From assembly GCA_050115495.1 (NCBI GenBank), contig JASFQK010000003.1, positions 32,001-96,000 on the forward strand: a DNA stretch of 64,000 nucleotides, in the 5' to 3' direction. The notes below the pieces were generated by a model. The model saw nothing but the letters and a program-made list of their open reading frames with translations. It did not search any database and had not been told where the DNA came from. This document shows positions 26,671 through 36,562 of this stretch, piece by piece (positions within the stretch are counted from its first letter, which is position 1; every line of letters begins with the position of its first letter). A program made the translations under genes and the position numbers. The stretch comes from Phycisphaerae bacterium. Lineage in GTDB: Bacteria > Planctomycetota > Phycisphaerae > UBA1845 > Fen-1342.

Positions 26671-29517
26671 CTATCCGCCGATGTCGATCGGGATACGCAG
26701 GACCTCGTCCTGACTGGAACGTTCCCGCAGCCGCACGTAGCCGACCGGCCGCGTGCCGTCCGGGATGTCCTTCAACTTGCTGGCGGCCTCGAAGCTCAGG
26801 TGCAGCGGCACGCTCGGCACGAGGTTAAGAGCGTCCTCGCCGCCCTGTGTGACCTCGACCGCCACCGGCGCCCCGAACAACCGATCGATCTGCACCGTGA
26901 CCGGCGTTTTGCGCTGATCGTCGGCGATGGCGAAGCCAGCGTGGATGACGACCTGGAGCGATTTCTTCCCGCGCGTGCTCACGATCCCATCGAACACGTG
27001 CCCGTCGAACGCCGACTGGTAGATGGCCTCGTCGCCGTCCTTGACCAGCACACCGATGTCGGTGACCGTCGCATAGTCTTCCGGCGCGAGCTCCAAGTGC
27101 AGCCGCAGCCGATTGAACCGCTCGTCCAGGCTCACCGAGTAGGTCAATTCGTCCTTGAGCCCCTTGAACTCGGCGTCCTTCTGCATGCGGAAGCCTTCGA
27201 TCTGGCCGTCGCCGCTGGCCGCGATCCGCCGCTCGAACATGTTCGTCACCGTCAGGTCGCCGGCGGGCCTCTCGGGGTTACCTTCAGTGAGGATGGGCGG
27301 GGCGGCGTGGATGCCGAAGAACTGCACCTTCAGTTCGTACGGCCAAGACTCGTCCGGACGGTTGGACACGACGGGCACTTCCCACACGCCGGGCGTCAGG
27401 TCGTCCGTGAATGTCCAGGTCGCCTCGCGCTTGCCGTTTTCCGTGTCGAGGCGCTGCGCACCCGACCGGAACTGCCGGCCGTACGGATCGAAGATGCGGT
27501 CCATGCCGGCCCTCGACTTCGCTCCCTCCGGCGCCGTCAGCACCAGCCTCATGCTCGACGCCCCCGGCGGCACGGCGACGAAGTACCGATCCGGCAGCCA
27601 GCCGGCGACCGTACGCTTCGTGAACGTCTGCGTGAAGTTGTTCCCCTCGTTGAAGCGGTAGGGCACGATCACGGTATTGACCAGCCGGAACGCGGGCAAC
27701 CCGTCCACGAGCCCGTCCACGGTACCCACGTGCAGTCCCGGTTCGGTGAGCTGGGCGGCGTCGTACTCCACGAAAACGCGGGCCACCTGCTCGCTGTGCA
27801 GGTACACGGTCTCCTGGGCCACGCGGCACCAGGGCGTGTTCGAACGCAACGTGTACTGCCGCGTGAAATCCGTTCGCGTGGCCATGTCCGTCGTCGGGGC
27901 GAAGATCGGTGCGATGGTGAACGCTTGGCGGTCGTCGCTCGGGAAGTACGTGCTCCGCCAGTACGCCGCCGGTGCCTCGCCCTCGTAGCCGTGCGGGCAG
28001 GGCGTCGAGATCTCGTAGCCGATCACCGGGTCGTCCTTCGCCGCCGGCAGTAGCTTGGCTAGCACTTCGGCGGCCTTGCTCACCTCGGGCAGGCCCCAGC
28101 CGGAGTCGAGGAACGTCGTGCCCTTCACGGGCCGCCCGGCGAGCCACAGCGCCCGCCGCACGTCAAAGGAGCGCACGTGCACGGCCGGATCCGTCTGCAT
28201 GGCGTTGCTGATGAGCAGGGCACACAGGCCAGCGCAATACGGGCTGGCCATGCTCGTGCCGGCCCAGAAGTCACCGTGGCGCGTCCAGCGCGGCACGGTC
28301 GACGTCGACCAGCCCGGCACCGCCACGTCCGGCTTGTCCAATTCACCGCCGCGCGAGCTGAACAGCGTGATGACCGGCTCGTCCAGGTGCCAGCCGGCGA
28401 CATCGCGCCCGCTGTCGGCGGCCATCATCGCCGCCACGGAGATGGCCGCACTCGCCGCCGCCGGCGTGCCGACGGTGGACAGGCCCGGACCGGCGTTGCC
28501 GGCGGACGTGCAGAACACCAGGTACGGGTTCGCGTATAGGGCTTCGTCCACCACCTCGTCGATGTCCGAGTTGCCCTCGATTTCCGAGTCGACGCCGTAG
28601 GACAGGTTGCACACGACCGGCACGTTGTGCTCGCGGGCGAAACGGGCCGCGTAGGCCAGGGCCTTCCGCTTGCTCTCCGTCACGCTGATACCGCCCAGGG
28701 CCCCGCGCCCGATCTTCAGGCTGATCACCTTCGCCCCGGGAGCGACGCCGTTGAGACCGTCCTGGTTGTTGATGCGGTAACCGGCGGCGATGCCGGCCAC
28801 GTGCGTGCCGTGCGCCCCGTTATCGAAGTGGAACGTCACCTTCGCCTGGCGGAGGAAGATATTCGCGGCGAAGGCCATGGGCACGATCTGCACTTCCGGC
28901 TGTTCGCGATACAGCGTGAAAGTCTCGTAGGCCAGCTTGTAGTTATGCAGCGCCTTCTCGTCGGCGAAGCTGCGGTCCAGGTTGGTGTCCACGTAGCAGA
29001 CGGCCTGGTCGTCGCCGTCGCCGGCCAGCGCGGTCACCAGCACCGGAAAGACGTCGTCGGTCGTGCCGTTGTCATTCAGGTCCGGCTGATCGGCGTTGAC
29101 GAACTTGCTCTCCTTGAACTCGCCGAACCACCAGCGCCGCTCCTCGGCCGCGGCGGGCAGCGCCGGCGGGGTGTACTCGATGGGCGTGCCGTCGTTGTCA
29201 TGCTTGATCAGCATGCCGCTCTGCTCGTCGAGGAGGATACGCAGCAGGTCCACGTCACCGTCGCCGGTGAAGTCCTGCACGTCGATGACTTTGACCTCGC
29301 CGTCGGGCGTGTGGGTCAGGCCGGGGATGGACGGATCGACGCCCGTATCCATGACGGCAATCACGACGCCGCGGCCGTCGCTGTTCGGATGGGCGGCGAG
29401 GAAGGCGTCCACGCCGCAGGTGGACAAGGAAAGCTGCGTCCAGCCGTGCTGGTTCTGGGCGAGGCCGGCACTCATCCCGAGCGCCGCAATGGCGAGCAGC
29501 ACCGCATACTTGCGCAT
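26671..29517 (-). CDS. Secreted S8 serine peptidase, tripeptidyl-peptidase II-like
   Basis: Signal peptide; catalytic triad DTG / HGTHVAGIAAG / GTSMASP; TPPII-like GVDAFLAAHPNSDGRGVVIAVMDTGVDP...TPDGEVKVIDVQDFTGDGDV; GGAGG RBS. Confidence 0.9.
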   Translation of the reverse strand: MRKYAVLLAIAALGMSAGLAQNQHGWTQLSLSTCGVDAFLAAHPNSDGRGVVIAVMDTGVDPSIPGLTHTPDGEVKVIDVQDFTGDGDVDLLRILLDEQSGMLIKHDNDGTPIEYTPPALPAAAEERRWWFGEFKESKFVNADQPDLNDNGTTDDVFPVLVTALAGDGDDQAVCYVDTNLDRSFADEKALHNYKLAYETFTLYREQPEVQIVPMAFAANIFLRQAKVTFHFDNGAHGTHVAGIAAGYRINNQDGLNGVAPGAKVISLKIGRGALGGISVTESKRKALAYAARFAREHNVPVVCNLSYGVDSEIEGNSDIDEVVDEALYANPYLVFCTSAGNAGPGLSTVGTPAAASAAISVAAMMAADSGRDVAGWHLDEPVITLFSSRGGELDKPDVAVPGWSTSTVPRWTRHGDFWAGTSMASPYCAGLCALLISNAMQTDPAVHVRSFDVRRALWLAGRPVKGTTFLDSGWGLPEVSKAAEVLAKLLPAAKDDPVIGYEISTPCPHGYEGEAPAAYWRSTYFPSDDRQAFTIAPIFAPTTDMATRTDFTRQYTLRSNTPWCRVAQETVYLHSEQVARVFVEYDAAQLTEPGLHVGTVDGLVDGLPAFRLVNTVIVPYRFNEGNNFTQTFTKRTVAGWLPDRYFVAVPPGASSMRLVLTAPEGAKSRAGMDRIFDPYGRQFRSGAQRLDTENGKREATWTFTDDLTPGVWEVPVVSNRPDESWPYELKVQFFGIHAAPPILTEGNPERPAGDLTVTNMFERRIAASGDGQIEGFRMQKDAEFKGLKDELTYSVSLDERFNRLRLHLELAPEDYATVTDIGVLVKDGDEAIYQSAFDGHVFDGIVSTRGKKSLQVVIHAGFAIADDQRKTPVTVQIDRLFGAPVAVEVTQGGEDALNLVPSVPLHLSFEAASKLKDIPDGTRPVGYVRLRERSSQDEVLRIPIDIGG

Positions 29518-29682
29518 AATAAGCACCTCCAGTTAGCGGGTTTTGTCCCGTGTGTAAGCTTCCCACTGTAACGCCCGGGCCGGGCCTCGTAAAACCCGGG
29601 CAGGGGCCGAGAATCCATGCCCTGACGGCTCGTGACCGACGTGCACGCCCGCGCGCTTTGCGTTCGGTTCGCGGTTGCCGCC

Positions 29683-29691
29683 TGCTATAAT
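29683..29691 (+). promoter_or_regulatory. Extended -10 promoter element
   Basis: TGCTATAAT about 100 nt upstream of ATG 29788. Confidence 0.5.
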
Positions 29692-29787
29692 GGCGCTGTC
29701 TCCGCCCGCGGCGGGTCAGCCATGGAGGCGAGTCCCCCGGTCCACGAGTCTGCGCCGCGGCCGGAAGTACACCGTCAGGAGGATGTA

Positions 29788-31923
29788 ATGAGGCACCAAG
29801 GCGCAGCTTTGTGCTACAACATTCGACAGTCGCTGCTGGCGTTGCTGGCGGCGGCGCTGCTGGCCCCGGCCGCACTGGCCGCCGACCGCTTCGTCGTCGT
29901 CGAGCACGTCGCAGCGCTGGGCTGAACGGCCGATCCCCCTTACGCCGGTCAGGCGTTGGATTGGCTGCTCGCCGACTATCCGGACCTGTTCACCTTTGTG
30001 CAGATCCGCGTCGGCTGCGATGGCGCTACGCCCTGGGGCGACTTCCGCTCCAACGACTTCTACCAGGTAACGCAGACCCCGGACGTCTTCTTCGACGGCA
30101 TCGACGACGTGGCCGGTTCGTTCGGTTCGACAGAGGACCAGTACAACGAATACCTGATGCACCTGCTGCCGCGGGCCATGACGCCGACGGACGTCACCCT
30201 GGACGTTACGGTGTACCCGGTCACCGCCGAGGTCTTCCGCGTCAGCGTGCGGGCTTGCCTCGCCGCCGGCGCGCCCGCCCGCACCGTGCGCCTCTACCTG
30301 GTCCAGTTGCTCGACTACTGGCCCGGGAACCCTGACTACTCCCGCAACACGTTCGTGCAGGCCATGCCGACCGTGGACGTCGACCTTGCCGCCGGCGATT
30401 GCCAGAGCGTGAGCCACTACGTCACCTTCGACGCCACGAGCTGGGAGTTCAAGAACGACATCCGCCTCGTCGCCTGGGCCCAGGAGCCGCAGGACACGAG
30501 CCCGCCCGGCGACCGCGCCGAGATTCTCCAGGGCGCGGCCTCACCCTGGCCGTTCACGCCCGACTGCAACAACAACGCCATCGCCGACGACAAGGACATC
30601 GCCGCCGGCACCTCGCTCGATCTCAACGGCAACGGCATTCCCGACGAGTGCGAGCCCGCCCTCCGCGGCATCGACCTGTGGACCACGCCCGGCGGCGGCA
30701 CGACCTACCACGACTTCGCTTTTTCGCCGGTCCCGCCCGACTTCTTCGGCCCGGGCTCCGATCCGTTCGAGGGGCAGGTGGCCCTCGTCGGCCAGCCGCT
30801 CCCGACGGAGCCGCCGGGATTGCTCGGCCCGACCGACCTGGTCGTCGAACGCGTCACCGACGCCGACGTGATCGACATCGCCGCCGTGAGCGAGGTGGGC
30901 CTGGAGATCCGCGCGCTCAACCTGGTCTCCACCGAGCCGGTCGTCGTGACCTACGGTGGGGGGCAGGCCCCCGAGCTGTGGACGCTGCACGTGTGCCTGT
31001 CCGACCTGTGGCAGCCCTCGGGCTTCATGACCATCTATCGCAACTGCGCCGACGGCGGCACGTTCGATGCCTTCCTGCCCGTGCTCCCCAAGCTCATCTT
31101 TACCCGCGAGGGCGACGGCACCGAGCGCGTCTTCGATTTCGGTATCGCCGGCGTCGAGCCGCTGAACTTCGAAGTCTTCGGCGGCCGGTGGGTCGTCGAG
31201 CCCGATCCGGCGTTGGCGATCATCAGCGCTGACGAAGGCATCGTCGTGGACAGCAACTGCGATGGCGTGTTCGACCTGCCGCTGCTCGGGACGTCGCGCT
31301 TCACGGCGGGCATCCGCGCCGTGCCCTGCGACCGCAGCACCTGGCCCGGCGCCGAGCAGCGCAAGCGCCTCACTACTTTCGGCGCTGCGCACAGCACCCT
31401 CGGCCTGCTGCCCGCCCAGATCCCCGGCGCCGACACCGACGGCGACGGTTTGCCCGACGACGCCGACAACTGCCCGGACGACTGGAACCCGTTGCAGGAA
31501 GACGCCGACGGCGATGCCTTCGGCGACCTCTGCGATAATTGCGCCTACATCGACAACCCGTTCCAGGAAGATGCGGACGGCGACGGCGTGGGCGACCCGT
31601 GCGACAACTGCCGCGATGAGTATAACCCGTTGCAGGAAGACGAAGACAGCGACGGCGTCGGCGACGCCTGCGACCAATGCCTCGGCACGCCGGCGGGCAC
31701 GCCGGTCTTCGAGAATGGCTGTCCGTACCCCCGCGGCGATCTCAACTGCGACACCGTGGTGAACAACTTCGACATCAAGGCTTTCGTGCTCGCCGTCTCG
31801 AACCCGCTAGCCTATGCCGAAGCGTACCCCGATTGCCTGATCGACCTCGCCGACGTCAACGCCGACGGCTCGGTCAACAACTTCGACATCAGCCCGTTCG
31901 TGCAGTTGCTCTCCGCACCGTAA
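29788..31923 (+). CDS. Putative secreted selenoprotein: signal peptide, thioredoxin/Omp28-like domain with Sec46, DCNxN repeat, beta domain, TSP3 repeats, dockerin-like tail
   Basis: AGGAGG RBS. ORFs 29632-29925 and 29956-31923 share one frame, separated by a single TGA in [26 protein letters not shown]-like hairpin follows. Confidence 0.75.
29927..29967 (+). promoter_or_regulatory. Candidate bacterial SECIS element
   Basis: Lower stem CGGCCGATCC/GGATTGGCTG; upper stem ACGCC/GGCGT; apical loop GGTCA starting with G, 21 nt after the UGA. Confidence 0.65.
31432..31680 (+). repeat. Coding thrombospondin type 3 Ca-binding repeats (~69 bp period)
   Basis: DxDGDGxxDxxDNCxxxxNPxQE repeated 3-4 times. 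Confidence 0.85.
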
Positions 31924-32294
31924 CGAACACCGCCGCCCCGAACCGTAGGGCGGGTTTCACCCGCCGCTCGCCGGCCTCGTCCCCCGATAACCCGCCCGGC
32001 ACGCGAACACCGCTTCTGTGAATCCGGCACGACGGATCCGATTACTTAATCTGTCTGCCATGCGTCCGCGCATGTCTCGCCCCGGAATCTCCGCGCCGGT
32101 CACTTCGAAACGACACCTGTTATCAGGCGCGTATGTATCGGTCCTGGGGGGCTTTCACGATTTTGCCGCCGAACGTTGACGACCGCGTCTGTGCCGTCCT
32201 ACCACCCATGATGAGGCTGACAGTTCTGGGAGATCGGCGGCACTGCCAAGTGTGACAACGAGCGAGCCCCGGAGAGGGTTGGAAAGGAAGAAGC

Positions 32295-32879
32295 ATGACT
32301 CGGAAGCAACTGATTTTCGCGGTGTGTTCGGCGGCGGTCGTACTGGCCATTCCGAGCGTCGTTCGGGCCGATATCCACACGCTGCGACCCACGCCGGCGG
32401 ACCTCGGCGACCTCGACCACGGTGTGTACGTCACGTGGGGCGTCGACTGGAGCGTGCCGACCGGCGAGGAGATCATCGCGGCCACGCTGGCCATCGAGAA
32501 CCTCAATGACTGGACGGTGGAAGACGACGACATCATCTACATGCACCTGCTCGATGAGGCTCTGCCGGGCGTGCATTCCTGGACTGACCACCAGGGCGGC
32601 GGCGACGCCTTTGAAGGGCAGGGCGTCCTCCTGACGACCTTCAGCGACGACGACGGCTCGCCCAACGCGCCGGAGGATTGGAGCTACAGCTTCACGCCGG
32701 CGCAGATCGACGCGCTGACGGACTACGCGGCGGACGGTCACTTCGGGCTCGGCTTCGATCCGGACTGCCATTACTACAACGACGGCGTGTCGCTGACGGT
32801 TCAGACGGCCTCGATCCCGGAGCCGGCCAGCATGGTGCTGCTGGCGGCGGGGACGTTGTTCGTGAACCGCCGGCGGTAG
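32295..32879 (+). CDS. PEP-CTERM sorting-domain surface protein
   Basis: Signal peptide; C-terminus IPEPASMVLLAAGTLFVNRRR. Confidence 0.9.
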   Translation: MTRKQLIFAVCSAAVVLAIPSVVRADIHTLRPTPADLGDLDHGVYVTWGVDWSVPTGEEIIAATLAIENLNDWTVEDDDIIYMHLLDEALPGVHSWTDHQGGGDAFEGQGVLLTTFSDDDGSPNAPEDWSYSFTPAQIDALTDYAADGHFGLGFDPDCHYYNDGVSLTVQTASIPEPASMVLLAAGTLFVNRRR

Positions 32880-32954
32880 GTCGGGTTCCGGCCGGACGCA
32901 GGCCACGAGATTCGGCAGAAGCAGGCCCAACGCGACATGCGCGGCCTGCTTCTG

Positions 32955-34124
32955 TCATTTGCGCTGCGCTCGGCCACGTCCTCTTCGGCGTGCAGTGGCA
33001 CGCGTGGGCGCTGGCGACAGGCGTGCCTGCACCAGCCAGCCGCTGCCCAGCGTTCGCAGCTTCGTGTTCGCGGGTAATCGCAGTGCGTCGCGCACCTCCG
33101 TCGGCCCCATGCCGTCGAGCGGTCCGGGCGCGCCGCGGCCGCCGATGAGCCGGTTGGCAATGTAGATGTGCACCTCGTCCGCCAGCCCCTGATCGAGCAG
33201 GTTCCCCAACAGCAGGCCGCCACCTTCGACCAGAACGTTCGTCATCTGCTGCTCGCCGAGCACGTCGAGCACACGCTCCAGCGACACGCCACCGCCCGTG
33301 TCGACCGGCACGGGCCAAACCCGACAGCCGGCCGCAGCCAGCGCCTCACGCCGTGCTTTCGGCGCGTTTTCAGCGCAGAACAGCCACGTCGGCACCTTGT
33401 CGGCGGTGCGGACCAGCGTCGCCGTGCGGGGTGTACGCAGTCGCGTGTCGAGGACGATGCGCGTCGCGATTCGCCGCGACCGGCCGACGCGGCAGGTGAG
33501 CATCGGGTCGTCGCGCTCCGCCGTCCGCCGTCCGACGATGATGGCGTCGAGCACGCCGCGAACGCGATGGGCGTGCGCCCGTTGCGTCTCGTCGCTGATC
33601 CAGCGGGCGTCCCCCGTGCGCGTGGCGATCTTGCCGTCGAGGCTTTGGGCCCACTTGAGAATGACCCACGGCCGCCGTCGCCGGATGAGCTTGGCGAACG
33701 GGGCGACGAGGGCGGTGGCCTCTTCTTCCAGGACGCCCGCCTCGACCGCGATTCCCGCCTGCCGCAGCAGACGAAGCCCGCAGCCGGCCACTCGCGGATT
33801 CGGATCACGCCCGCCCGCCACAACACGCCCCACGCCCGTGGCCTTGAGCGCCTCCGTGCACGGCGGCGTCTTCCCGTGATAGCAGCACGGCTCGAGCGTT
33901 ACGTACACCGTCGCCCCGCGTGCCCGCCGCCCGGCGATGCGCAGCGCCTCGATCTCCGCATGCGGCCCGCCGAACTTGCGGTGATACCCCTCGCCGACGA
34001 TCCGCCCCCCGCGCACGATCACGCAGCCGACCATCGGGTTCGGCTCGACACGCCCACGCCCGCGCTCAGCCAGCGCCAGGGCGCGGCGCATGAACGTCAC
34101 ATCGTCCCGGCCGCCGTCATTCAT
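32955..34124 (-). CDS. ribD: Riboflavin biosynthesis deaminase/reductase
   Basis: PNPMVGCVIV, HAE, TLEPCCYHGKTPPC, KWAQSLDGKIA, VLVEGGG. Confidence 0.96.
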   Translation of the reverse strand: MNDGGRDDVTFMRRALALAERGRGRVEPNPMVGCVIVRGGRIVGEGYHRKFGGPHAEIEALRIAGRRARGATVYVTLEPCCYHGKTPPCTEALKATGVGRVVAGGRDPNPRVAGCGLRLLRQAGIAVEAGVLEEEATALVAPFAKLIRRRRPWVILKWAQSLDGKIATRTGDARWISDETQRAHAHRVRGVLDAIIVGRRTAERDDPMLTCRVGRSRRIATRIVLDTRLRTPRTATLVRTADKVPTWLFCAENAPKARREALAAAGCRVWPVPVDTGGGVSLERVLDVLGEQQMTNVLVEGGGLLLGNLLDQGLADEVHIYIANRLIGGRGAPGPLDGMGPTEVRDALRLPANTKLRTLGSGWLVQARLSPAPTRATARRRGRGRAQRK

Positions 34125-34128
34125 CGTT

Positions 34129-34986
34129 CTATTTGGTTTTCTCGCCCTTGCTGTTGCCGTCACGCTCGACGGTCAGGAGGAAGTCCTCGTCGGTGAGGTG
34201 CACGTCCGTGTTCACGTTCTCGTAGAAGTACGCCTCGGCAATCCGCTCGGAAGCGTACTTGATGACCGTGCCCGCCGGCAGGTCCGTGGCCACGTCGATG
34301 TACAACTCCTGGATGGATGGCTGTCCGCCGACCTCCGGCTTGACCATGTGCAGGTGATGCACCGTGCGCTTCGTCTGTGGCAGTTGGCGGAGTCCCTCGT
34401 ACGTGACGACCGCGGTCTCGCCAGCCTCGGTCAGGGCGGCCTCCGTGCGGTTCATCAATTGCTCGAGGCCGAAATGCGTGACCGGCCGCCGCGACTCCCC
34501 CCACGTCACCGACGCCTGCGGATCGATCCGGTTGATCGAAGGCGGCGCCGCCAGCGGCGGGCACCACCACCGCGTCACGAAACGCACCTTGCCGTCGTTT
34601 TGTCCCTGGGTGTACGTCGACTCGTCGTACTTGAGGTCCTCGTCCCGCCACTTCATTCGCACGCTGTACGGATTCCGGCGGTACCAGCAGGCGATGTGCT
34701 CCGGACCGTGCATGGTCTGGAACAACCCCCGCCGCTCGAACCGCGTGAAATCGAGCGTGTACTGCTCAAGCTTCCGGCATCGCTCCGCCACCGCGTGCAG
34801 GTAGCCTACCGGATCGCGGCGAACGGCCTCGGCCCGGGCGTCCGCGTCGGCGGGCAATACATCCTCCGCCACGCCGGGCAGGGGTTCGATTTCGGCATGA
34901 TGGTTCCCCGCGCAGCCCGTGGTCAGCGACGCACTCAGGCCCAGCACCGCAACCCCCACCAGTGCCGCCCGCAACTCCTTGATCAC
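34129..34986 (-). CDS. DUF1571-like lipoprotein
   Basis: Lipobox LTTGC; YTLDFTRFERRG, PYSVRMKW, SRRPVTHFGL; GTG start after AGGAG. Confidence 0.75.
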   Translation of the reverse strand: MIKELRAALVGVAVLGLSASLTTGCAGNHHAEIEPLPGVAEDVLPADADARAEAVRRDPVGYLHAVAERCRKLEQYTLDFTRFERRGLFQTMHGPEHIACWYRRNPYSVRMKWRDEDLKYDESTYTQGQNDGKVRFVTRWWCPPLAAPPSINRIDPQASVTWGESRRPVTHFGLEQLMNRTEAALTEAGETAVVTYEGLRQLPQTKRTVHHLHMVKPEVGGQPSIQELYIDVATDLPAGTVIKYASERIAEAYFYENVNTDVHLTDEDFLLTVERDGNSKGEKTK

Positions 34987-35089
34987 GCAGATACTCCTGA
35001 ACCGCGCGGCACCGCCGAACCGCCGGCGAGTCGCTCCGCGCCAATGTCAATCATAGCGCGCGGGGGCGATGCCGGCAGGTACGGTTGCC

Positions 35090-36439
35090 TCAATGCATCA
35101 ATTCGCGGGCCCGGGCGGCCACGTCGGCATAGTCCGGCTGCCACCCGAGCCAGATTTGCCGGATGAACCCTGCGCCATCCAGAACACGTAACACCGGCAA
35201 CTGCGGCGGGTTGTCCACACTGCGCAGCGGGCCGGCCAGTACGTGTTCTACACCTGTCGGCAGGCACGGTTGCATCCGCCGAACGAGGGCCACGTTTGCG
35301 TCCACGTTTAGGCAGACGATGCGGATCGATGGGTCGGCGACCGCCGAGCGCAGCTTGTCCACGGCCGCAAGGGTCGCGAATACGTTCGGGTCGCTCGTGC
35401 TCCAGACAAACTCGATCACCGGCGTGCCCAGCAGGTCGTCGCTGCTCAGCGGTTGGCCGGCGACCGTCTCCAGCGACCACGTGGCCGCCGGCTGGTTGAG
35501 CCAGCGCTGGGCGTAAGCCGCCGCCGCCCGCAGCGCCGGCGTCTCCGCCGCCAGGCGCTTCGCTCGTCCACGGGCCAACAGGGCCAGCGGCGAGCCGGCC
35601 TGATGATCGAACTCGGTCGCACTGCCCGCCCAGAGCCGCTGTAGCCGCGACAGCGTCTCCTCGACGGCTCCCGGCTCACGCAGCAGCTTCGCCCGCAGGC
35701 CGTCCTCGTGTTGCTGTGTCCGCTTATATCGCTCGGCTTCCTCGGCACGCCGGCGGGCCCAACGCTCATCGTTCCGCTCACCCCGGCGGAGGACCGTGAC
35801 GGCCTCGGTCCGCCGGCTGGTGAGCCGGTCCTCCTGCCAGGATTCAACGCGGCTGACGAAGCCGCGGTCCGGATCGAACCAGTAGCTCCCACCCTGCGTT
35901 CGGCCCAGCACGCTCTCCGCTTCGGCGGGCCGTTCGAGCCGGAAGTCCACACGGACATGACCCCGCCGCTGGTTGTCCGGACCGACCAGCGTGCACGTCC
36001 GGACGTGCCCTAGCAGGTCCACATCCGCCGGCGTCCGCCAGGTCGGCCCGATCCGCGGCGGCAAACGCAGCACGGGCAGCAGATCGAGCGCCGGGTACAC
36101 CTCTTCGGCGTAGGTGTGACTGCCGGCCAGCCGGCTGCGTCCACGCTCATCGACGTACAGGAGCAACCCGACCGGCGGAGCGGCACCGTCCTGCTCAACC
36201 CGGATCAGGTCCACGAGGACGAGTTGTTCGTCGCCCTTTTGCGCCAGGCACCAGAGCTGAATCTGCTCCGTCGTGCGGGCGAGAACCTGCTCCCCGTCCA
36301 GCGCCTTGACGGTCGTCCGCCGTTCGTAGATCAGCCGATCGCCGACGGCCAGGTTGTAGCGCAGTGACGCATCCTGCGCCGCCGCCAGCCCGCCGGCCAC
36401 GGCCCCGAGCATCAGAATGGACACAATTACGCGCATCAT
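35090..36439 (-). CDS. Exported protein with C-terminal TlpA/redoxin-like fold lacking CxxC
   Basis: Signal peptide; PAATWSLETVAGQPLSSDDLLGTPVIEFVWSTSDP...LPVLRVLDGAG. Confidence 0.7.
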   Translation of the reverse strand: MMRVIVSILMLGAVAGGLAAAQDASLRYNLAVGDRLIYERRTTVKALDGEQVLARTTEQIQLWCLAQKGDEQLVLVDLIRVEQDGAAPPVGLLLYVDERGRSRLAGSHTYAEEVYPALDLLPVLRLPPRIGPTWRTPADVDLLGHVRTCTLVGPDNQRRGHVRVDFRLERPAEAESVLGRTQGGSYWFDPDRGFVSRVESWQEDRLTSRRTEAVTVLRRGERNDERWARRRAEEAERYKRTQQHEDGLRAKLLREPGAVEETLSRLQRLWAGSATEFDHQAGSPLALLARGRAKRLAAETPALRAAAAYAQRWLNQPAATWSLETVAGQPLSSDDLLGTPVIEFVWSTSDPNVFATLAAVDKLRSAVADPSIRIVCLNVDANVALVRRMQPCLPTGVEHVLAGPLRSVDNPPQLPVLRVLDGAGFIRQIWLGWQPDYADVAARARELMH

Positions 36440-36562
36440 GCCCACCCTTTTAGTCCCGCCGGCAGGGCGGTGCAACCGGCTCGCCGCCGCCGCCGCGCAC
36501 GCACGCTTCCCCGGCGCGAGATACATGAGAATCAGCCGATGATGGCAAGCCGGGTCGGATCG

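Noticed and set aside
29923..29925. TGA read as a simple nonsense mutation (pseudogene)
   Set aside because: Disfavoured but not excluded. It sits at the catalytic column, is followed by a SECIS-like hairpin, and the rest of the ORF is intact.
31432..31680. 69-bp periodic repeats as a CRISPR or DNA-level array
   Set aside because: They are in-frame TSP3 protein repeats with synonymous divergence.
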